Source: Pseudomonadota bacterium
GTDB lineage: Bacteria > Desulfobacterota > Desulfobacteria > Desulfobacterales > RPRI01
DNA length: 33,948 nt
NCBI GenBank assembly: GCA_043825875.1
Contig: JBDRRF010000100.1
Coordinates: 1-33,948 of the forward strand
Reading direction: 5' to 3'
Part shown: positions 9,326-19,304 of the stretch, piece by piece
Position numbering within the stretch: position 1 is the first letter of the stretch
How the letters are laid out: each line of letters begins with the position of its first letter
The notes under the pieces: generated by a model
The model's input: the letters and a program-made list of their open reading frames with translations, nothing else
Told to the model about the DNA's origin: nothing
The model's database searches: none
Made by a program: the position numbers and the translations under genes

Positions 9326-10090
9326 ATGAAAATAGCAGTAAGCGGCAAAGGTGGGGTTGGCAAAACAACTTTTTCGGCTCTTTTGATACGGGCTTTAAAC
9401 AAAAAAGGCAAACATGTGCTCGCAATAGACGCTGATCCTGATGCCAATCTTGCAGCGGCAGTAGGGATTAAAGGTGCGGACAAAATAGTACCTATAGCGG
9501 AAATGAAAGATCTTATATTTGAAAGAACTGAAGCACAACCCGGAACCATAGGCGGGTTTTTCAAGCTGAATCCGAAAGTGGATGATCTGCCGGAATCTTT
9601 GTCCGCGAAATTTGAAAACATCAAGCTTATGAGGCTTGGCGGAGTAAAAAAAGGCGGGTCAGGCTGCATATGTCCCGAAAGCACACTTTTAAAAGCGCTT
9701 GTAACGCATGTAGTACTTTCAAGAGACGAAGTTGTGGTTATGGATATGGAAGCAGGCATCGAGCATCTTGGCAGGGCTACCGCACAGGCTGTTGACAAGC
9801 TTTTTATAGTAGTTGAGCCGGGACGCCGCAGCATAGAAACCGCCGGACATATCAAAAAACTGGCTTCCGAAATAGGTCTTAAGAATCTATCACTTGTTGG
9901 AAACAAGATAAGAAGTGATAAAGACATCACATTTTTAAAAGAGAACCTTCCGGGTTTTGAATTTGCCTGTTTTATTCCATATGATGATGCCCTTATTGAA
10001 GCCGATCTTAATGGAATATCTCCTTTTGACAATAAAACAAGTGCTATAATAGAAATTGAAAAGGTAATCGCCGGACTGACTGAAAAATGA
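9326..10090 (+). CDS. cooC: CooC/AcsF-family nickel-insertion ATPase (CODH/ACS maturation)
   Basis: GKGGVGKTT deviant Walker A, DADPDANL, GCICPE metal motif, DMEAGIEHLGR. Confidence 0.9.
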   Translation: MKIAVSGKGGVGKTTFSALLIRALNKKGKHVLAIDADPDANLAAAVGIKGADKIVPIAEMKDLIFERTEAQPGTIGGFFKLNPKVDDLPESLSAKFENIKLMRLGGVKKGGSGCICPESTLLKALVTHVVLSRDEVVVMDMEAGIEHLGRATAQAVDKLFIVVEPGRRSIETAGHIKKLASEIGLKNLSLVGNKIRSDKDITFLKENLPGFEFACFIPYDDALIEADLNGISPFDNKTSAIIEIEKVIAGLTEK

Positions 10091-12234
10091 GGAAAAGATA
10101 TTTTCCTGGTAAAAGACTTTCGGGTAAACGAATTCCAGCAACTAAGATAAGACCTAATGCAGACGGCGAATTAAAAAAAGTCTTTGCTTCTATCGGAGTT
10201 CCCGAGCATGCCGAATTTAAACCTGATCCTTTTCAATTAAATGCGATTGAAGCAATAGAAAAAGCGGACTGCCTTGTTACCGCTCCAACAGGCGCCGGTA
10301 AGACCTGGATAGCCGAGCAGGCTATCGCAAAAGTATTCGGGAAAGCGAAGAAATCATGGTATGCTTCTCCTTTAAAAGCTTTGTCCAATTCAAAATATCA
10401 TGAGTTTTCTGCAATATTCGGCTTGCATAATGTCGGCATACTGACCGGAGACAGGAAAGAAAATCCTGATGCTCCCATAATAGTCGGAACAACAGAGATA
10501 TTAAGAAACCAGCTCTATGATGCAATGCATCATGGCGTAACACTTGCTACCGATTTTGTGGTTCTTGACGAAGCCCATTTTCTTGGCGATGAGGAAAGAG
10601 GCGTTGTATGGGAAGAAACAATGATATATCTTCCCGCAAGAATTCCTCTTTTAATGCTTTCAGCAACAATCGGAAATGCCCATCAGATAGCATCCTGGTT
10701 GTCATCCATTAGAAACAAAGACTGCATTGTTATCAGTGAAACAAAAAGGCCAGTACCACTTTTTCCGCTTTTTCTTCATCCTACCGGAACACTTCTGCCG
10801 CTTTTATCAAATACTACCTCAGATGCCGGAGCACAGCTTTTCAAAAAAACGGGAGATTTTTTAAAGGCAAAAAAATCTCGCATGCAGCCTTATTTCCAAA
10901 CTTTGCCTCCTTTCGGCGATATATTGGCTGCGCTTAAAAAGTACCGTCTTTTGCCTGTGATATTTTTTTTAAAATCCCGCGCCGATTGTAATGCCGCCCT
11001 TAATCTTTGTTTAAATCACAGCATTTCAAATGACCGCAAAAGAGAGCTTAAGGAAAGAATAAAAGAACTTGAAGAAACCCTCCCACATATCTCTTATCAT
11101 CGTCAATTGGGTAAACTTGAAAACTTAGCGGTTGCCTCTCACCACAGCGGGCAACTCCCTTCATGGAAACTAATGATAGAAACTCTAATGACCGAAGGGC
11201 TGCTTGATGCAGTATTTGCTACATCAACTGTTGCCGCCGGAGTTAATTTTCCGGCAAGATCTGTTGCCTTTCTTAATTCCGACCGCTTCAACGGAAAAGA
11301 GTTTTTGCCTCTTTCATCAACAGAATTTCACCAGATGACCGGAAGGGCCGGCAGACGAGGCATGGATAAAATCGGCTTTATGCTCGCAATCCCCGGCAGA
11401 TATCTTGATATCAGATTAATAGCAAAGCTTATTTATTCTCCACCCCTTGATATTCCCAGCCAGATCAGGATTAACTTTTCAATGGTTTTAAATCTTTTGC
11501 TTTCGCACTCTCCCGATCAGATTAAAGATCTGCTAAAAAAATCATTCGCTGCATATATTTTAAAACAGAAAAAAGAAAAACGGGGAAAAAAGCAACATTC
11601 CGAAAACGGAACTATACTTTTATTGAAAGCATTCACACGTCATCTTAACTTTTTAGTTGAAACCGGATATGTGGCAAAGAGCGGAAAATTAACAGAAGAC
11701 GGAATGTGGGCATCTCAGCTTCGGGTAGATCAGCCTCTTATAATTGCACAGGGATTCAGGCTTGGAATTTTTCCCCAAAAAGATCCTGCACTTCTTGCCG
11801 GTATAATTGCATCGTTTGTAAACGAAAGAGAAATGGATGATAGAATAGATAAAAGTTTTACTCCTGTAATACTTGTTTCAGCTTTTGTTGAAGTAAAAAA
11901 AGGCTTATTACCCTTTGCCAAACTTATGTTTGACAGTGGTTTTGAAATAAGACCTCTTTTCTTAAGGGCTTGTGCCGTAATTTATGCCTGGGCTTCCGGA
12001 GAGACCTGGGAGAAAACGGTTTTAATGTCTGAAATGGATGAAGGTAATCTTGCAATGCTTATTTTGCGAACCGCCGATAATTTAAGGCACATAAGATCCC
12101 TTTCAAAAGCATTTCCCGAAGCCTCCAACACAGCAGCCGAAGCTATTGACCTGCTTCTTAGAGATCCGGTTATGCCGTTTGATTACTTTCCTGTTCGCCG
12201 ACCCAACACAGAAGAAGATAGTGCTGTTATTTGA
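10087..12234 (+). CDS. Ski2/HelY-like DEAH-box RNA helicase
   Basis: APTGAGKT, PLKALSN, DEAH, LSAT, HHSG, QMTGRAGRRG and a DSHCT-like C-terminus; ATGA overlap with cooC. Confidence 0.9.
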   Translation: MRKRYFPGKRLSGKRIPATKIRPNADGELKKVFASIGVPEHAEFKPDPFQLNAIEAIEKADCLVTAPTGAGKTWIAEQAIAKVFGKAKKSWYASPLKALSNSKYHEFSAIFGLHNVGILTGDRKENPDAPIIVGTTEILRNQLYDAMHHGVTLATDFVVLDEAHFLGDEERGVVWEETMIYLPARIPLLMLSATIGNAHQIASWLSSIRNKDCIVISETKRPVPLFPLFLHPTGTLLPLLSNTTSDAGAQLFKKTGDFLKAKKSRMQPYFQTLPPFGDILAALKKYRLLPVIFFLKSRADCNAALNLCLNHSISNDRKRELKERIKELEETLPHISYHRQLGKLENLAVASHHSGQLPSWKLMIETLMTEGLLDAVFATSTVAAGVNFPARSVAFLNSDRFNGKEFLPLSSTEFHQMTGRAGRRGMDKIGFMLAIPGRYLDIRLIAKLIYSPPLDIPSQIRINFSMVLNLLLSHSPDQIKDLLKKSFAAYILKQKKEKRGKKQHSENGTILLLKAFTRHLNFLVETGYVAKSGKLTEDGMWASQLRVDQPLIIAQGFRLGIFPQKDPALLAGIIASFVNEREMDDRIDKSFTPVILVSAFVEVKKGLLPFAKLMFDSGFEIRPLFLRACAVIYAWASGETWEKTVLMSEMDEGNLAMLILRTADNLRHIRSLSKAFPEASNTAAEAIDLLLRDPVMPFDYFPVRRPNTEEDSAVI

Positions 12235-12319
12235 AACAGCCTAATGCTTGAATTCTACTTTGATTGCGAAGTTAAAAATAATATTGGGTTATTATTGCAC
12301 AAAACATCTCACTAATAAT

Positions 12320-12348
12320 TTGACAAAAACTGTATATTTCATTATAAA
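12320..12348 (+). promoter_or_regulatory. Putative sigma70 promoter upstream of the cassette-like genes
   Basis: TTGACA-N17-TATAAA. Confidence 0.6.
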
Positions 12349-12434
12349 ATAAGGACTTTCCATACAGAATATATTTTTACCACCAGGTAAATTCATATTA
12401 CGTATATTAATTGTTATAAGAAGGAGGAGGAGAA

Positions 12435-12920
12435 ATGGGTTTATTATCAAAGCTTTTCGGTGAAAAAGAAGATACTAATTCGCAAACCCAAAATCATCAA
12501 TCTCCTGATAAAATATATGCAACAGTGGAACTTAAGTCACCTTATCTTCTTGCTTTTGACTTACCAGCTGAAGGTGTAAAGTATAAGATATCTAATTTTG
12601 AGCCAGGAATATACAAGATACCATTAGAGGCCATAGTAAAAACAACTGATTCTGATCAATCCTCAGATAGTTTTATTGAAGTGGATACAGGAGTTATTTA
12701 CTTCATCGATGCTGAATATGAAGAACTTTTTCGAAAATTTGAAACACAACTTTTTGATGAAACCGGTGATTCATATAGCATCACTGACAACCCTGACGAT
12801 TTCACAGAACAAATTGGTATCAAATTTGATTGCTTAATGGCACCAGGCGTTAATTCAGGGTATGAATTTGAAGGTGATGGAACATATACATTAGAAATAT
12901 CAAAGATCTTAAAAGTATAA
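12435..12920 (+). CDS. Acidic hypothetical protein (cassette-like gene 1)
   Basis: Strong AGGAGG RBS; 161 aa; MGLLSKLFG amphipathic start; D/E-rich. Confidence 0.75.
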   Translation: MGLLSKLFGEKEDTNSQTQNHQSPDKIYATVELKSPYLLAFDLPAEGVKYKISNFEPGIYKIPLEAIVKTTDSDQSSDSFIEVDTGVIYFIDAEYEELFRKFETQLFDETGDSYSITDNPDDFTEQIGIKFDCLMAPGVNSGYEFEGDGTYTLEISKILKV

Positions 12921-12930
12921 AGGATGTTGA

Positions 12931-13041
12931 TTATAACCCCACAGTGCAGAGCGGTTGACGAAAACATTCCCTACATTGCCGCTTCCTGTCTTGGTCTTCC
13001 AATAGTATTTATTCCGCCGATAGGTGACCGTAGCGTAAAAT
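12931..13041 (+). other. Degenerate attC-like recombination site 1
   Basis: R'' TTATAAC, L'' GTGCA pairing with L' TGAC (extrahelical G), R' GTAAAAT; 111 bp. Confidence 0.7.
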
Positions 13042-13710
13042 ATGAATAAAATATATCTCAGAGTTATTATCTATGCTTTGTTATTCTGTTTAATCTTAAA
13101 CGGTATTATTTACCTTTATGGTGTAAATGATCTCCCGTTTTCTCCAGATATTTCAAATTTTGTTTTTTCGGCAATAGCCCTGCTTTCAAATTTCTCTCTT
13201 GCTTTAGCTGCTGGTAACATGATTGCTGCATGGTTAAACAATTTTTCAACAAAGAATCTCATTACACGTTTAAGTGTTATAGGCTTGATAGGATGTGTAA
13301 TCTGTATTTACAATGTTGTTACACCAATCATCAACCATAAGTACATTAGCGAAATAGAATCTTTAATAATGCATCAAGCCAAAAACGAAGCCTCTTCCGG
13401 CTTATGCGAAATGATCGATGACAATAATTTTCCATTAAAAAGAAGGGCAATAGTAAGTTACAATATAGCAAAGAGTAAATATGCAAACTATGGCGTTCTT
13501 TCAGAAGTCATAAATGAAAAAGGAGAACAGCATATTTATTCACCGAGTAAATCTGAAATAGAACAAAGAGAGGAAATGATTATATCGCGTCTCAAAGCAT
13601 TATATAGTTTGCAAATGGCGAAAAACAATATTTATTATTCAATTACATTTTGGTTATCGGTGTTCTTTTTTAGTATGGGTTTTGCGTTGGTTAATAGAAA
13701 AAACATTTAA
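13042..13710 (+). CDS. Hypothetical membrane protein, ~4 TM (cassette-like gene 2)
   Basis: 222 aa; three N-terminal and one C-terminal hydrophobic segments; stop codon lies inside the R'' box ATTTAAC. Confidence 0.75.
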   Translation: MNKIYLRVIIYALLFCLILNGIIYLYGVNDLPFSPDISNFVFSAIALLSNFSLALAAGNMIAAWLNNFSTKNLITRLSVIGLIGCVICIYNVVTPIINHKYISEIESLIMHQAKNEASSGLCEMIDDNNFPLKRRAIVSYNIAKSKYANYGVLSEVINEKGEQHIYSPSKSEIEQREEMIISRLKALYSLQMAKNNIYYSITFWLSVFFFSMGFALVNRKNI

Positions 13711-13762
13711 CAAAATCAATCCACCGGATCGCTTACGCTTCCAGTATAACTTTCCATTAGCA
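13705..13762 (+). other. Degenerate short attC-like site 2
   Basis: R'' ATTTAAC (perfect RYYYAAC), core ATCCACCGGATCGCTTACGCTTCCAGT, R' ATTAGCA (G replaced by A); 58 bp. Confidence 0.7.
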
Positions 13763-13775
13763 GAAAGGAGACGCT

Positions 13776-14165
13776 ATGAAAAGAAAGGAATTAAGACATA
13801 AGTTCTTTACTTCACAAATTGTAATCCGTATTCTGTTTTGTATACTGGTAGCAACTTTTCTTACCTCATGTGGGACTAAATTCATACGTAAAGGCGGCAC
13901 GTATCCACCCTACGCAGGAGAAGTACGTGTATTCTGGAAAGACCATGGCGTACCAGCTGATCCTAACTCCTATGAATTTATTGGTACAGTCTCAGGAAGA
14001 TCCACTTGGTGTGGCATTACTCAAGGAAAGTTTAATGAAGGGCTTCACAAGAAACTCACCGAACAAGCAGGCAATAATGGTGGCAACGGAATAATTTTAT
14101 ATTGTGGTGAGATAGGAACAGTAGGTGAGTGTTATTGTTATGGAGATGTAATACGATTCAAGTGA
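13776..14165 (+). CDS. Cys-rich putative lipoprotein (cassette-like gene 3)
   Basis: AAGGAG RBS; basic N-terminus, hydrophobic stretch and LTSC lipobox. Confidence 0.75.
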   Translation: MKRKELRHKFFTSQIVIRILFCILVATFLTSCGTKFIRKGGTYPPYAGEVRVFWKDHGVPADPNSYEFIGTVSGRSTWCGITQGKFNEGLHKKLTEQAGNNGGNGIILYCGEIGTVGECYCYGDVIRFK

Positions 14166-14387
14166 ACTATAAAATAAAAACTCCCATAGCATTATAATCT
14201 TCGCTACGATTAAGTGTAAACGTGTAACAAACGAAGAATTGCTGTGTGTATTCAATAATTCTTGACAAATATGATATTTCTTAATAGATGTTCTATTTGA
14301 TTGATTTTTCAAAAAAAGAATCCATAAAAAGCCGTTGCTTTTTTATTTAAAAAAAACAAAAAAATGATTGAAAGGAGAAGTTAAAAG

Positions 14388-15662
14388 ATGTCGAATTTGA
14401 TACCCCCTCATGGAGGAAAAGGATTAACATGCTGCTTGCTCGAAGGAGCAGAGCTTGAAGCTGAAAAGAAGAAAGCCCAAGGACTTAAAAAGGTTGATAT
14501 TTCCCCGCGTGAAAATGGTGATTTGATTATGATGGGCATTGGTGGTTTTAGCCCGATTACAAGTTTTATGACAAAAGCCGACTGGAAAGGCGTTTGTGAT
14601 AATTATCTTCTTGCAGACGGTACATTCTGGCCAATTCCGGTTACATTATCCGTTACAAAAGATGATGCTGGCAGCATCAACGTTGGCGATGAGATAGCGC
14701 TTAACGACCCGGAAACAAATGAGATAATGGCTACAATGAAGGTCACCGAAAAATTTGAAATGACCGAACAAGATAAAATTTATGAATGCGAAAAAGTCTA
14801 TATGGGTGAAGGCACCAAGACAACAGAAGAATTCTGGAAAATCGCGAAAGATGATCACCCCGGCGTTCAAATGGTTATGGGACAAAAAGATGTTAATCTT
14901 GCAGGACCTGTTAAAGTTTTAAGCGAAGGCGAATTTCCTACAAGTTATCCCGGAATTTACATGAGGCCTGCTGAATCAAGAAGAATTTTTGATGAAAGAG
15001 GATGGAAAGAAGTCGCAGCTCTACAGTTAAGAAACCCAATGCATCGATCACATGAATATCTTTGCAAAATAGCTGTCGAAGTGTGTGATGGTGTTTACAT
15101 TCATTCGCTTGTTGGTAATTTAAAACCAGGTGATATCCCTGCTGAGACCCGTGTGAAATGTATTGAAGCTCTTGTAAAGGGCTATTTTGTTGAACAAAAT
15201 GTTCTTCAGGGTGGTTATCCTTTGGATATGCGTTATGCAGGCCCAAGAGAAGCTCTTCTTCACGCAACATTTCGTCAAAACTATGGCTGCTCACGCATGA
15301 TAATTGGCCGTGACCATGCAGGCGTTGGCGATTTTTACGGTATGTTTGAAGCACAGACGATTTTTGATAAGATTCCTGCTCCATCCGAACCAGGCAAAGC
15401 ACTTCTTTGTACCCCGCTTAAGATAGACTGGACATTCTATTGCTACAAGTGCGATGGCATGGCATCTCTTAGAACCTGTCCGCATGGCAAAGAAGATCGT
15501 GTTCTTTTAAGTGGTACCGCACTTAGAAAAGGTTTGTCTGAAGGAACTCCGATTCCGGATCATTTCGGACGTGAAGAAGTATTGGAAATTTTAAAGAAGT
15601 ACTACGCCGGATTAACTGAAAAAGTTGAGGTTAAACTTCACGGTGCAGCTACCGGGAAATAA
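14388..15662 (+). CDS. sat: Sulfate adenylyltransferase (ATP sulfurylase)
   Basis: [31 protein letters not shown] and Zn-binding CYKC...CPH motifs. Confidence 0.98.
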   Translation: MSNLIPPHGGKGLTCCLLEGAELEAEKKKAQGLKKVDISPRENGDLIMMGIGGFSPITSFMTKADWKGVCDNYLLADGTFWPIPVTLSVTKDDAGSINVGDEIALNDPETNEIMATMKVTEKFEMTEQDKIYECEKVYMGEGTKTTEEFWKIAKDDHPGVQMVMGQKDVNLAGPVKVLSEGEFPTSYPGIYMRPAESRRIFDERGWKEVAALQLRNPMHRSHEYLCKIAVEVCDGVYIHSLVGNLKPGDIPAETRVKCIEALVKGYFVEQNVLQGGYPLDMRYAGPREALLHATFRQNYGCSRMIIGRDHAGVGDFYGMFEAQTIFDKIPAPSEPGKALLCTPLKIDWTFYCYKCDGMASLRTCPHGKEDRVLLSGTALRKGLSEGTPIPDHFGREEVLEILKKYYAGLTEKVEVKLHGAATGK

Positions 15663-15686
15663 CTCTGCTTTATAAAAAGAAATAAT

Positions 15687-15727
15687 AAAAGGGAGATGCT
15701 TTTTATAGCGTCTCCCTTTTTATTTTT
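15687..15727. terminator. Bidirectional intrinsic terminator between sat and qmoC
   Basis: AAAAGGGAGATGCT / AGCGTCTCCCTTTT stem with A/T tracts on both sides, between convergent genes. Confidence 0.85.
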
Positions 15728-15758
15728 CTAAAACTTATTTATTGTAAAAATACTTTAA

Positions 15759-16892
15759 TTACTGCCTGTTGCTATATTCTGCATATCCCAAAGCTACCGT
15801 TCTGTAAACAAGGTGCGCAAGTTTGGAAAAAGGCAGGAATGCAAAAAGATTGAACACGAATATAAGGTGTATGAAATAAAGAGCATATGAAACACCTGCC
15901 ATATGGGCAAGTCTAGTCATTTCTGTGAGCATCCCTGTAAGGCCCAAGCCGAGAACAAGACCCAAAAGATACCAATCCTTATAGCTGGTTACCTGATCGA
16001 CATTATCCATTCTGCTTTTAATCATAAGATAAGCACCTGCAATAAGTGCGATTCCACTTATATTTGCCAGCCATTTAACAGGATTAAGCTGTGAATACGG
16101 ACCTTCTATATGAAGAATATATAAAAAGACACAAAACACACCTGTAACAACGGCAAGGCCAAGAAATGAGTATAGAACCATCTTATGCGCCAAAGCTCTG
16201 TCTTTATTTTCCCCGCATTCTTCAAATTTGTCGTGTTTTAAAATCATAGGGAGAATTTTTACAATAGAGGATAAGAACTCTTTTATATCCAAATTTTCTT
16301 TTTTTGTTTTTCCATTCATTACAGCGTCTTGATGGATGTCATTTAAAAAGTTTTTCACACCAAGTGCAAAGATTGTAACAGCCCATATGGAAAGAGGAAC
16401 AAAAATTATATCAACAAGCCATGTAGAAAAGAAATTTGTATGTGCAATCTCATGTCCTTCAGGTGAAAAATTAAGCAGCCCTGTAACAAGCCCTACAACT
16501 ATGAATAAAACAGCAGGTATAAGAATTAATATAGGCAGCTTTTTTGGGTCATTAACTATTTTGCCTAATCCCTTTGGAACAGCATATTCGGAAATTGCAA
16601 TCGAACGCAAAGCTCCAAGCACATCTCCCGGTTTGGCACCACGAGGACACTTTGTGGTACAATCTCCGCAATTATGGCAAAGCCATATATCAGCGTTTTT
16701 AACAACTCTGTCTTTAAGCCCCCAGGATGCAGCAATCATTTCCTTTCGGGGAAATGGTTTTGTATCCGGTGAAATGGGGCATACTACAGAACAGGTTGCG
16801 CATTGAAAGCATTTCTTCAATGTATCTCCGCCAAGCCCGGCAACCTCATTAATGAAATTTATATCAGGCTCAATCAGATATTTATCAGTCAT
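15759..16892 (-). CDS. qmoC: QmoC membrane subunit (HdrC-like Fe-S domain plus heme b TM domain)
   Basis: CFQCATCSVVCP and CHNCGDCTTKCP, TM region ending LPFSKLAH; downstream of qmoB. Confidence 0.95.
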   Translation of the reverse strand: MTDKYLIEPDINFINEVAGLGGDTLKKCFQCATCSVVCPISPDTKPFPRKEMIAASWGLKDRVVKNADIWLCHNCGDCTTKCPRGAKPGDVLGALRSIAISEYAVPKGLGKIVNDPKKLPILILIPAVLFIVVGLVTGLLNFSPEGHEIAHTNFFSTWLVDIIFVPLSIWAVTIFALGVKNFLNDIHQDAVMNGKTKKENLDIKEFLSSIVKILPMILKHDKFEECGENKDRALAHKMVLYSFLGLAVVTGVFCVFLYILHIEGPYSQLNPVKWLANISGIALIAGAYLMIKSRMDNVDQVTSYKDWYLLGLVLGLGLTGMLTEMTRLAHMAGVSYALYFIHLIFVFNLFAFLPFSKLAHLVYRTVALGYAEYSNRQ

Positions 16893-16978
16893 GCTAATAC
16901 CTCCTTAACAATGGAAATTCTATAGCCATATTATAATATTTATCCCCCCGCATTTAAACGCGGGGGGATAAACAAATA

Positions 16979-19294
16979 TCAGAATCCCTTAAATGGGTTA
17001 GGTCCAAGACCCTCAATTATTTCTACAAAATCACCTAAAATCTTCGGAATTTTGTCGTACTCATCAATTGCAACTTCAAACTGTGCAACCCTTTCATTCT
17101 CAAGTGCCAGGCTCTGTAAAGCTTCACCTATCTTTTTCATTCTGATGCTTGCAAGTTCACTGCCTTTTACAAAATGGCACTGGTAGTCATCCCCATGCTT
17201 GCAGCCAAGCAGACATACGCCATCCATACCCTGTGAAAGGGCATCTTTTATCCATATAACATTAGTTGATCCAAGGCATCTTACAGGAACAAAGCGGATA
17301 GTGTTGGAATAATTAAGTCTGTTCATACCCGCTATATCAAGAGCAGGATAAGCGTCATTTTCGCAAACAAGACATAGAATTCTAAGCGGTGGTTCATCAA
17401 AATCATCTTCGGAAGGAACGCCTATTGCTTTAACCATTGATCCAACACTGTCAATATTATAATCGGCAAAACCAATAATACGTTCAGGGCATGCACCCAT
17501 ACAGGTTCCACAGCGTCTGCATCGTGTCGGGTTAGGTTTGGGCGTTCCTTTTTCATCATCATCTAATGCTCCAAAAGGACATTCTTCCGTGCAGCGTTTG
17601 CACTGAGTACATCTTTGGAAGAAAAAATCAGGGAATGTCATATCACCAGATCTTGGATGAACGGAAACACCTCTGTTTGAAGATTCAATACATTGAATTG
17701 CTTTTAAAGCGGCTCCAGCTGCATCTTCAATTGTTTCTTCCATGGTCATACTTCTTCTTATACATCCTGCTGCATAAACACCGGTTCTTTGTGTTTCATA
17801 AGGAAAGCATATGAAATTGGAATCAGTATATTTATCAAAAAGATCTATATCACGAAAACCGGGACCCTGCCTGTATGCAAGATTGATAACAGGATCATCT
17901 GTTGTTACAGGTACCATGCCTGTAGCAAGAACAACGATGTCTGCTTTAACTTTAATCTTTTCTCCAAGAAGAGTATTGTCCGCCTCGATAATTAAACTAT
18001 CACCGTTTTTTGAAACGCCTGCAACATCACCCTTGGTTAAAAAGATGCCGGCATCCTGCTGCAAACTCTTATAGAAGTTTTCCATAAGACCTGGTGTTCG
18101 CATATGCTGATAAAATATATAAGCTTTACCATCAGCATAATCTTCGCGGACGTATTTAGCCTGCTTGAGTGAAACAAGGCTTGTAACAGATCCGCAAAAA
18201 GAGAAGTCGTTATCATTGCCACCTTGCCCAGGGCTCTGAATAAATGCTACGGATTTAGCTTCTTTTCCATCTGAGGGACGTATAATTTTGCCTTTCGCAG
18301 CCATTTCTTCAAACTGGACATTGGTAACTACATCGGGAATTGATCCAAAACCAAGATGAGCAAATTCATTTTCTTCGGCTTTGTATGGCCTCCATCCGGC
18401 AGCAAGTATAACAGCACCGAACTTCTCGCCGTTTGGATCAAAAGAAAGGATATCTACTCTGCCTTCATTATATTCCTTGTAAAGCTCAATCAGCTTCTCT
18501 TTGTCATATTCTTTCCCTGTTTCATCAACTTTCATCTCATCAGGCAGCGGGAAAGGAACGTCATATTCTATTTTTTCACCGGGTTTTTTCAGTGTAACAG
18601 TAAAATCTCCGGGTTGCCCTGCAATTCTTGCAACAAGGGTATTGGTTTTAACAGTTATATTGGAGAAGGACTCAAGTTCTTTAATCTTGTCGGAAATAAT
18701 CGGGGGAATTATATTTTCAAATGGATCTGCTATCGGCAACTGCTTTCTGACCTTTGCCGCATAACCACCAATAGAGCCTTGTTTTTCAACAATTGTTACT
18801 TCGTATCCGGCTTTTGCAGCATCAAGCGCTGCCGATATACCGGCAATTCCACCGCCGATAACCAAAATCTTTTTACAAAATGCATCTAGTTTATAAGGTT
18901 CTGGAAGTGTAATCTTTTGTGTTTTAATTACACCCATTTTTATATAATCTTCGGCCATCATCTGTGTATGGTCTATCCCATCTTCCGCACCTTTTGTACT
19001 TGGATGAGTCCATACCACTTGCTCTCTTAAATTAACACGATCAACAATGCAGCCATCGAATCTGAAAATATCAAAATTGACACGCCGGGAGCAAGCTCCA
19101 ATCACAAGGGCATTAACACCCTCATCGGCGATGTCCTTTTGCAATAACTCTACTCCTTCCTTGCTGCAAAGAAAAGGATGTGTTTTTACTATGCCAACGC
19201 CTTCTTCTTTAGGAACCTCGCAAAGCTTATCTATATCCAGAGTTTCCCCGATTCCGCAACCAGTGCATATATATACGCCATATTTTTTATTCAT
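16979..19294 (-). CDS. qmoB: QmoB (HdrA-like with a C-terminal MvhD domain)
   Basis: GGGIAG FAD motif, two 4Fe-4S motifs, CENDAYP / VRCLG / CHF MvhD domain. Confidence 0.95.
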   Translation of the reverse strand: MNKKYGVYICTGCGIGETLDIDKLCEVPKEEGVGIVKTHPFLCSKEGVELLQKDIADEGVNALVIGACSRRVNFDIFRFDGCIVDRVNLREQVVWTHPSTKGAEDGIDHTQMMAEDYIKMGVIKTQKITLPEPYKLDAFCKKILVIGGGIAGISAALDAAKAGYEVTIVEKQGSIGGYAAKVRKQLPIADPFENIIPPIISDKIKELESFSNITVKTNTLVARIAGQPGDFTVTLKKPGEKIEYDVPFPLPDEMKVDETGKEYDKEKLIELYKEYNEGRVDILSFDPNGEKFGAVILAAGWRPYKAEENEFAHLGFGSIPDVVTNVQFEEMAAKGKIIRPSDGKEAKSVAFIQSPGQGGNDNDFSFCGSVTSLVSLKQAKYVREDYADGKAYIFYQHMRTPGLMENFYKSLQQDAGIFLTKGDVAGVSKNGDSLIIEADNTLLGEKIKVKADIVVLATGMVPVTTDDPVINLAYRQGPGFRDIDLFDKYTDSNFICFPYETQRTGVYAAGCIRRSMTMEETIEDAAGAALKAIQCIESSNRGVSVHPRSGDMTFPDFFFQRCTQCKRCTEECPFGALDDDEKGTPKPNPTRCRRCGTCMGACPERIIGFADYNIDSVGSMVKAIGVPSEDDFDEPPLRILCLVCENDAYPALDIAGMNRLNYSNTIRFVPVRCLGSTNVIWIKDALSQGMDGVCLLGCKHGDDYQCHFVKGSELASIRMKKIGEALQSLALENERVAQFEVAIDEYDKIPKILGDFVEIIEGLGPNPFKGF

Positions 19295-19304
19295 GGTTAA
19301 CCTC

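Noticed and set aside
14290..14320. Rex operator upstream of sat (also sought upstream of aprB)
   Set aside because: Rex control of sat is known in Desulfovibrio, but the best match here fits only one half of TTGTGAA-N4-TTCACAA in AT-rich DNA.
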